Made by a program: the position numbers and the translations under genes | The notes under the pieces: generated by a model | What the model was told of the DNA's origin: nothing | The model's database searches: none | The model's input: only the letters and a program-made list of their open reading frames with translations | From: a virus | IMG/VR virus record: IMGVR_UViG_3300001533_002237 | Span: 1 to 64,000 of that record | Length of the DNA: 64,000 nucleotides | Strand: one strand, 5' to 3' | Shown: positions 60,352 to 64,000 of the stretch, in pieces | How positions within the stretch are numbered: position 1 is the stretch's first letter | Layout of the letters: each line of letters starts with the position of its first letter

Positions 60352-61146
60352 ATGGTACAAAAACAATTATTTGATGATATTTTTTATCCTCAACGTATTC
60401 ATGAAATACTTTTTTTAAATGTTAAATCAATCTTAACATACCCAACACTTATATTACTTGAGTCAAACAATAAAGTAATGTTTGAGCGTTGGAAATACTT
60501 ATCGCAAAGTAAGTATGATACTCTTGATACTGACCAATATGAAGATTTACAAAAAGTCTATGAAAAAAACGCACCATATTATCCTGAATATAGTAAAATT
60601 GTTGCAATAACATATGGAACTGTTTATATTGAAGATGGGAAATTAAAGCGTTACATGAAAAAGATTGTAAATAATGATGAATTTATTGTTTTGGCTACTT
60701 TCATGGATGAATTATTCAAAGTATCAAGCGATGGTATTAAGTCAACACCTAATTTTTTTCCAATTCTTTGTGGACATAATATTATTGGTTATGATATTCC
60801 TTTATTAATGAAAAAATTTATTCAGTATAATGATAGGTTTGAAACAAATAAAACAATTCCTTTAATTCTTAAAAAAAGTTTAACAATTAAACCTTGGGAA
60901 TCAGGAATTATTGATACCCTTAATGTTTGGAAATTTAATGGTTATGATAATATGCCGTTAATGTTAATATCTGATTATCTTGGTCTAAAAAAGACTGTAG
61001 ATTTACTTCCACTTGACGAAATGTCAAAAAAATATTGGGAATTATATGATGAAGATATTGAAAAGGCAATGGAATTCGTTTCACTACAATCTGCAACACA
61101 AACAAATTTAGTAATTCAGTTAATTAATACTTTACGAGTATTGTGA
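60352..61146 (+). CDS. PolB-type 3'-5' exonuclease-like protein with degenerate active site
   Basis: PEYSKIVAIT, LCGHNIIGYDIP, IDT..VWKF; ExoI reads LFLNVKS; TATATTTG -7 element at 60314. Confidence 0.7.
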   Translation: MVQKQLFDDIFYPQRIHEILFLNVKSILTYPTLILLESNNKVMFERWKYLSQSKYDTLDTDQYEDLQKVYEKNAPYYPEYSKIVAITYGTVYIEDGKLKRYMKKIVNNDEFIVLATFMDELFKVSSDGIKSTPNFFPILCGHNIIGYDIPLLMKKFIQYNDRFETNKTIPLILKKSLTIKPWESGIIDTLNVWKFNGYDNMPLMLISDYLGLKKTVDLLPLDEMSKKYWELYDEDIEKAMEFVSLQSATQTNLVIQLINTLRVL

Positions 61147-61165
61147 CATTTTTTTTAGTTTAACA

Positions 61166-61197
61166 AAAAAAGGTGAAATATTAATTTCACCTTTTTT
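61166..61197. terminator. Bidirectional terminator at the strand switch
   Basis: aaaaaaggtgaaat-atta-atttcacctttttt. Confidence 0.85.
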
Positions 61198-61298
61198 ATT
61201 TTAAGCCGTTTTAATGAATTATATAATTAAAGCATATACATCTATCAATTAGAATAGAAATTGATTTAAAGTTCATCTAAAATAGATTTTAGATGGTA

Positions 61299-61586
61299 TT
61301 ATGACCAATCAAGCATATCACTAAATTTACCATCAATATATTGTGCATCATAAATTCTATCAAAATCTTCTTCAGTAATATAAGCTCTACCCATTTTAGT
61401 ATCACCGTAAAGTATATAATCATTCATTGCGATAATCGTATTAAAAAAAATATACATTCCTTTACGATAAATATATATTAAACTATCAATACGTTCAGAA
61501 TTTTCATTAATATTAAGCAGAACACCTAGTGTCCTGCTGTTATCTGAATATTCTTCTTCATGTGCTGTAAGGATAAATGTTTTCAT
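61299..61586 (-). CDS. Hypothetical protein
   Basis: 95-aa ORF; TATATTTG on the minus strand at 61591-61598, only 4 nt from the ATG. Confidence 0.65.
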   Translation of the reverse strand: MKTFILTAHEEEYSDNSRTLGVLLNINENSERIDSLIYIYRKGMYIFFNTIIAMNDYILYGDTKMGRAYITEEDFDRIYDAQYIDGKFSDMLDWS

Positions 61587-61606
61587 ATTACAAATATAAT
61601 TAAAAA

Positions 61607-62491
61607 TTATTTATTAGCATATAGTTTTTCAGTAATATTTGAATAAAAATATCCTAATGGGTCACGAGGTTCATTATTTTTACGAATCTCATAGTGTAAA
61701 TGTGGACCTGTACTTAAACCAGTATTACCAACAGTACCAATCAATTGATTTTTATTAACCCACTGACCTTTTTTTACATTAATTTGATCTAGATGTGCAT
61801 ATAATGTTTCAAAACCATATGCGTGTTTAATAATAATTCTATTTCCGTATCCGTATTTGGAATACATTATTTTCACAACATAACCTTGTGCTGTTGAATA
61901 TATGGGTGTTCCAACTCTCGCTGAAATATCGACTCCTTCATGAAAAAGAACTTTCTTTTCAATAGGATGATTTCTCCAACCAAAAGGTGATGTTAAACTA
62001 ACAAAATCTTTTGTTTTTATTGGAGAAATTGTAGGATAATAAAGAATTGCATTTTTATTTGATTTAAAAAATTTTGATGTTTCTTGTAATTTAATCAATT
62101 GTGTTGCAAGCATTTCTGCTGCATATGCTGCTCTTTTACTAACATTTTTAAATATAGTGTCATTATTAATGATATCTCTAGCATTATCATTTCTATACTG
62201 AGCAAAACCAGTGGTATCAAAATCAACACCAAGATATTGAGAGTATATGATATTATCATATTTATGGATTTCATCAACTATTTCTTCCATTTCTAATACT
62301 TTATTAGAAAGTTCAGATAGTTGTTGTTTTAATTTCATGTTTTCATGTTTTAATTTCGAGTTATTTGCTCGAAGAGTAACATCATTTTCTCCACTTATTC
62401 CAGAAGATAAATTATTATTTAATCCTAAAATAATAAAAATTACCATCATAATAAGTAAAAATTTTAAGAAATTAATTTTTGTTTTTTTCAT
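61607..62491 (-). CDS. M23 family peptidase with N-terminal TM helix and coiled coil
   Basis: FGWRNHP, HEGVD, YGN.III.H..G..TLYAHL, STGPHLHYE. Confidence 0.92.
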   Translation of the reverse strand: MKKTKINFLKFLLIMMVIFIILGLNNNLSSGISGENDVTLRANNSKLKHENMKLKQQLSELSNKVLEMEEIVDEIHKYDNIIYSQYLGVDFDTTGFAQYRNDNARDIINNDTIFKNVSKRAAYAAEMLATQLIKLQETSKFFKSNKNAILYYPTISPIKTKDFVSLTSPFGWRNHPIEKKVLFHEGVDISARVGTPIYSTAQGYVVKIMYSKYGYGNRIIIKHAYGFETLYAHLDQINVKKGQWVNKNQLIGTVGNTGLSTGPHLHYEIRKNNEPRDPLGYFYSNITEKLYANK

Positions 62492-62753
62492 AAATAAAAT
62501 TTAAATAAAATTATTTTTTTATTGATTATCAGTTACTTGTGTTTAGTAACATCAGCCCACAATAGAGGAAGTTAGTGGTTTTTAAATGAAAATGCCCAGA
62601 ATATTTAATATTTCTGGATATGATGAAATTCAAGGGGTTATGTTTAATTGAATTTCGTTGTCGATGAATTCCACTTCGACATTTTTTTATTATTTTTGAA
62701 TTTACATTCATAATTTCGTTAATATAAATACTAAAGATATCGAAAAGACCAAA

Positions 62754-63494
62754 TTATTCATTATCAGTTTGTTGTAACCAATTTTGTTTTTTCGATATTC
62801 GGTTTTCTATTTTTTTAGGTTTAAAAATAAATAAATATGAGTCATTTATTCTTTGAAAACCACACCTATTAGCCACATTAAATAATTTATATTCATTTAA
62901 TTCAACATCATTTTTTTCAAGTAATTCATTAAGTGAATAATATTCAAAAGCAGATATATTTATATTGTTTTCATTACTTAAACTATCTTTAATAATAATT
63001 CTTTTATGATTGAGATAAAAATCGGCATCAATTGAATTGTCTTGAAAAGGTTTAACTAACATAATTATAGCAACATCTTTAGCATAAAAATTTCTGTACA
63101 TCATTTCAATAAATTCTTCAGTAATTCCTTGTTTACGATAGTCTTTATTTAAAATTAAAGTATGAATTAAAACAATTTTATTATATTTATTTATATTAAT
63201 TTCATTCTTTTTAATTATATTAATTAATTCATGATAAGTATCTTCAAATGCATGGTCTTTAATTAATAAATTAAAATCTACAGCAAATTTTTCACCCAAT
63301 CCAATATTCCAAATAGAAAAACCATATTCACCAACTGGACGAGGAGGTTTACGTTTATTTAATCTAACTTCTGAAATTGTTCCATCATATTCTGTAATAA
63401 AATTTTCATTCACATTAATTAAATCAAAATTTCTATGATAATTTTGTGTCTTAAATGTTATATTACTTAATAAATTCCAATTATTTTTATTCAT
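62754..63494 (-). CDS. Hypothetical protein with a GNAT-like motif
   Basis: LILNKDYRKQGITEEFI...CGF; probable ATG at 63494, because the TTG at 63506 lies inside the -7 promoter element. Confidence 0.55.
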   Translation of the reverse strand: MNKNNWNLLSNITFKTQNYHRNFDLINVNENFITEYDGTISEVRLNKRKPPRPVGEYGFSIWNIGLGEKFAVDFNLLIKDHAFEDTYHELINIIKKNEININKYNKIVLIHTLILNKDYRKQGITEEFIEMMYRNFYAKDVAIIMLVKPFQDNSIDADFYLNHKRIIIKDSLSNENNINISAFEYYSLNELLEKNDVELNEYKLFNVANRCGFQRINDSYLFIFKPKKIENRISKKQNWLQQTDNE

Positions 63495-63503
63495 AATTAA
63501 GTG

Positions 63504-63534
63504 CAAATATATGTAAAAGTAAATTAAGTTCCAA
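63504..63534 (-). promoter_or_regulatory. Bacteroidota primary-sigma-type promoter
   Basis: Minus strand TTG (63532-63534), 20-nt spacer, TATATTTG (63504-63511). Confidence 0.7.
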
Positions 63535-63537
63535 GAA

Positions 63538-63972
63538 TTATAACAATTCTTCAGATTTACCCATTTTTGTTAGTAAAATAGTAAAATATTCTTTTATTTC
63601 ATTAGCATGTAAATATTCCTTTGGCTCGAAGTTCTGGTTAATCCAATTTGTCCAGTATAGTTGAACACCAAATCTATCCATATCATTAATAAAATCATCA
63701 ATTGTTTCGGGTATTGACATCATATATTTTATGCTGTCTTCGGGTTTATTTTTTTTTATAGTATAATATGTTGGATAGAATTCCAGTGTATATTCGTCAT
63801 TAGTAAACCTATACCAATTAATCATATCTTTTCCTCGCCAATCTTCAAAAAGTGTTTCAGTAGATTGCTCGTTAAATACTGGATATAACATGTCTATTTT
63901 GAAAGGAGTAGCGAGAAACTCCTTGAACTTCTCGCTATCCATAGTTCTGTTAAATGGAATAACTTTTATCAT
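63538..63972 (-). CDS. Hypothetical protein
   Basis: 144-aa ORF. Confidence 0.7.
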   Translation of the reverse strand: MIKVIPFNRTMDSEKFKEFLATPFKIDMLYPVFNEQSTETLFEDWRGKDMINWYRFTNDEYTLEFYPTYYTIKKNKPEDSIKYMMSIPETIDDFINDMDRFGVQLYWTNWINQNFEPKEYLHANEIKEYFTILLTKMGKSEELL

Positions 63973-64000
63973 CTTTTTTCTACTAAATTTAATTTCCCAG

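Noticed and set aside
126-63972. Genome-wide stop-codon reassignment (TAG or TAA read as sense)
   Set aside because: Long genes are uninterrupted in code 11, TAG ends several genes (11342, 39555, 41459, 45373, 50115), and the few internal stops are of mixed type
1-64000. tRNA or rRNA genes
   Set aside because: No GC-rich cloverleaf or T-loop signatures were seen in the short intergenic regions
1-64000. Eukaryotic giant virus or archaeal origin (suggested by PolB, SNF2, kinases and a TATA-like motif)
   Set aside because: gp25/gp6-like baseplate genes, amidases, an M23 peptidase, a sigma-70 factor and Bacteroidota promoters indicate a bacteriophage

Overview
Very AT-rich, gene-dense segment of a large myovirus-type (T4-like or jumbo) dsDNA phage. 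The host is most likely a Bacteroidota: the DNA-metabolism genes carry TTG-N19/20-TAnnTTTG promoters and leaders are A-rich without a Shine-Dalgarno. DNA metabolism genes: an intein-containing SNF2 helicase, a QueC-like protein, a family B DNA polymerase, RuvC, a primase, an ECF-type sigma factor, a single-chain SbcD-SbcC, and Hsp20. Structural and lysis genes: baseplate and tail genes (gp25-like, gp6-like, an FN3-bearing protein) and lysis enzymes. There are also many free-standing homing-endonuclease-like ORFs. A second motif, GTATTTAT(A/T), precedes about 17 structural, cargo or endonuclease genes and looks like the late promoter. The best candidate for a new system is the late-expressed block at 7.9-19.9 kb, plus 54.2-57.2 kb. 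There, enzyme domains (Nudix, WYL, tandem kinases, a CCA-adding enzyme fused to a 2H phosphodiesterase, a cysteine hydrolase, an RNA-repair HAD phosphatase, ParB, DUF3008) are bounded by [ILV]-x-E motifs of the T4 prohead-protease type. This suggests head-packaged, protease-released cargo that includes a tRNA 3'-end repair kit. A glycosyltransferase/nucleotidyltransferase cassette sits inside the baseplate operon. GATC and CCWGG appear strongly avoided. Several single-base deletions and nonsense codons are present and may be assembly errors. All family calls come from motif recognition by eye; no database searches were run.
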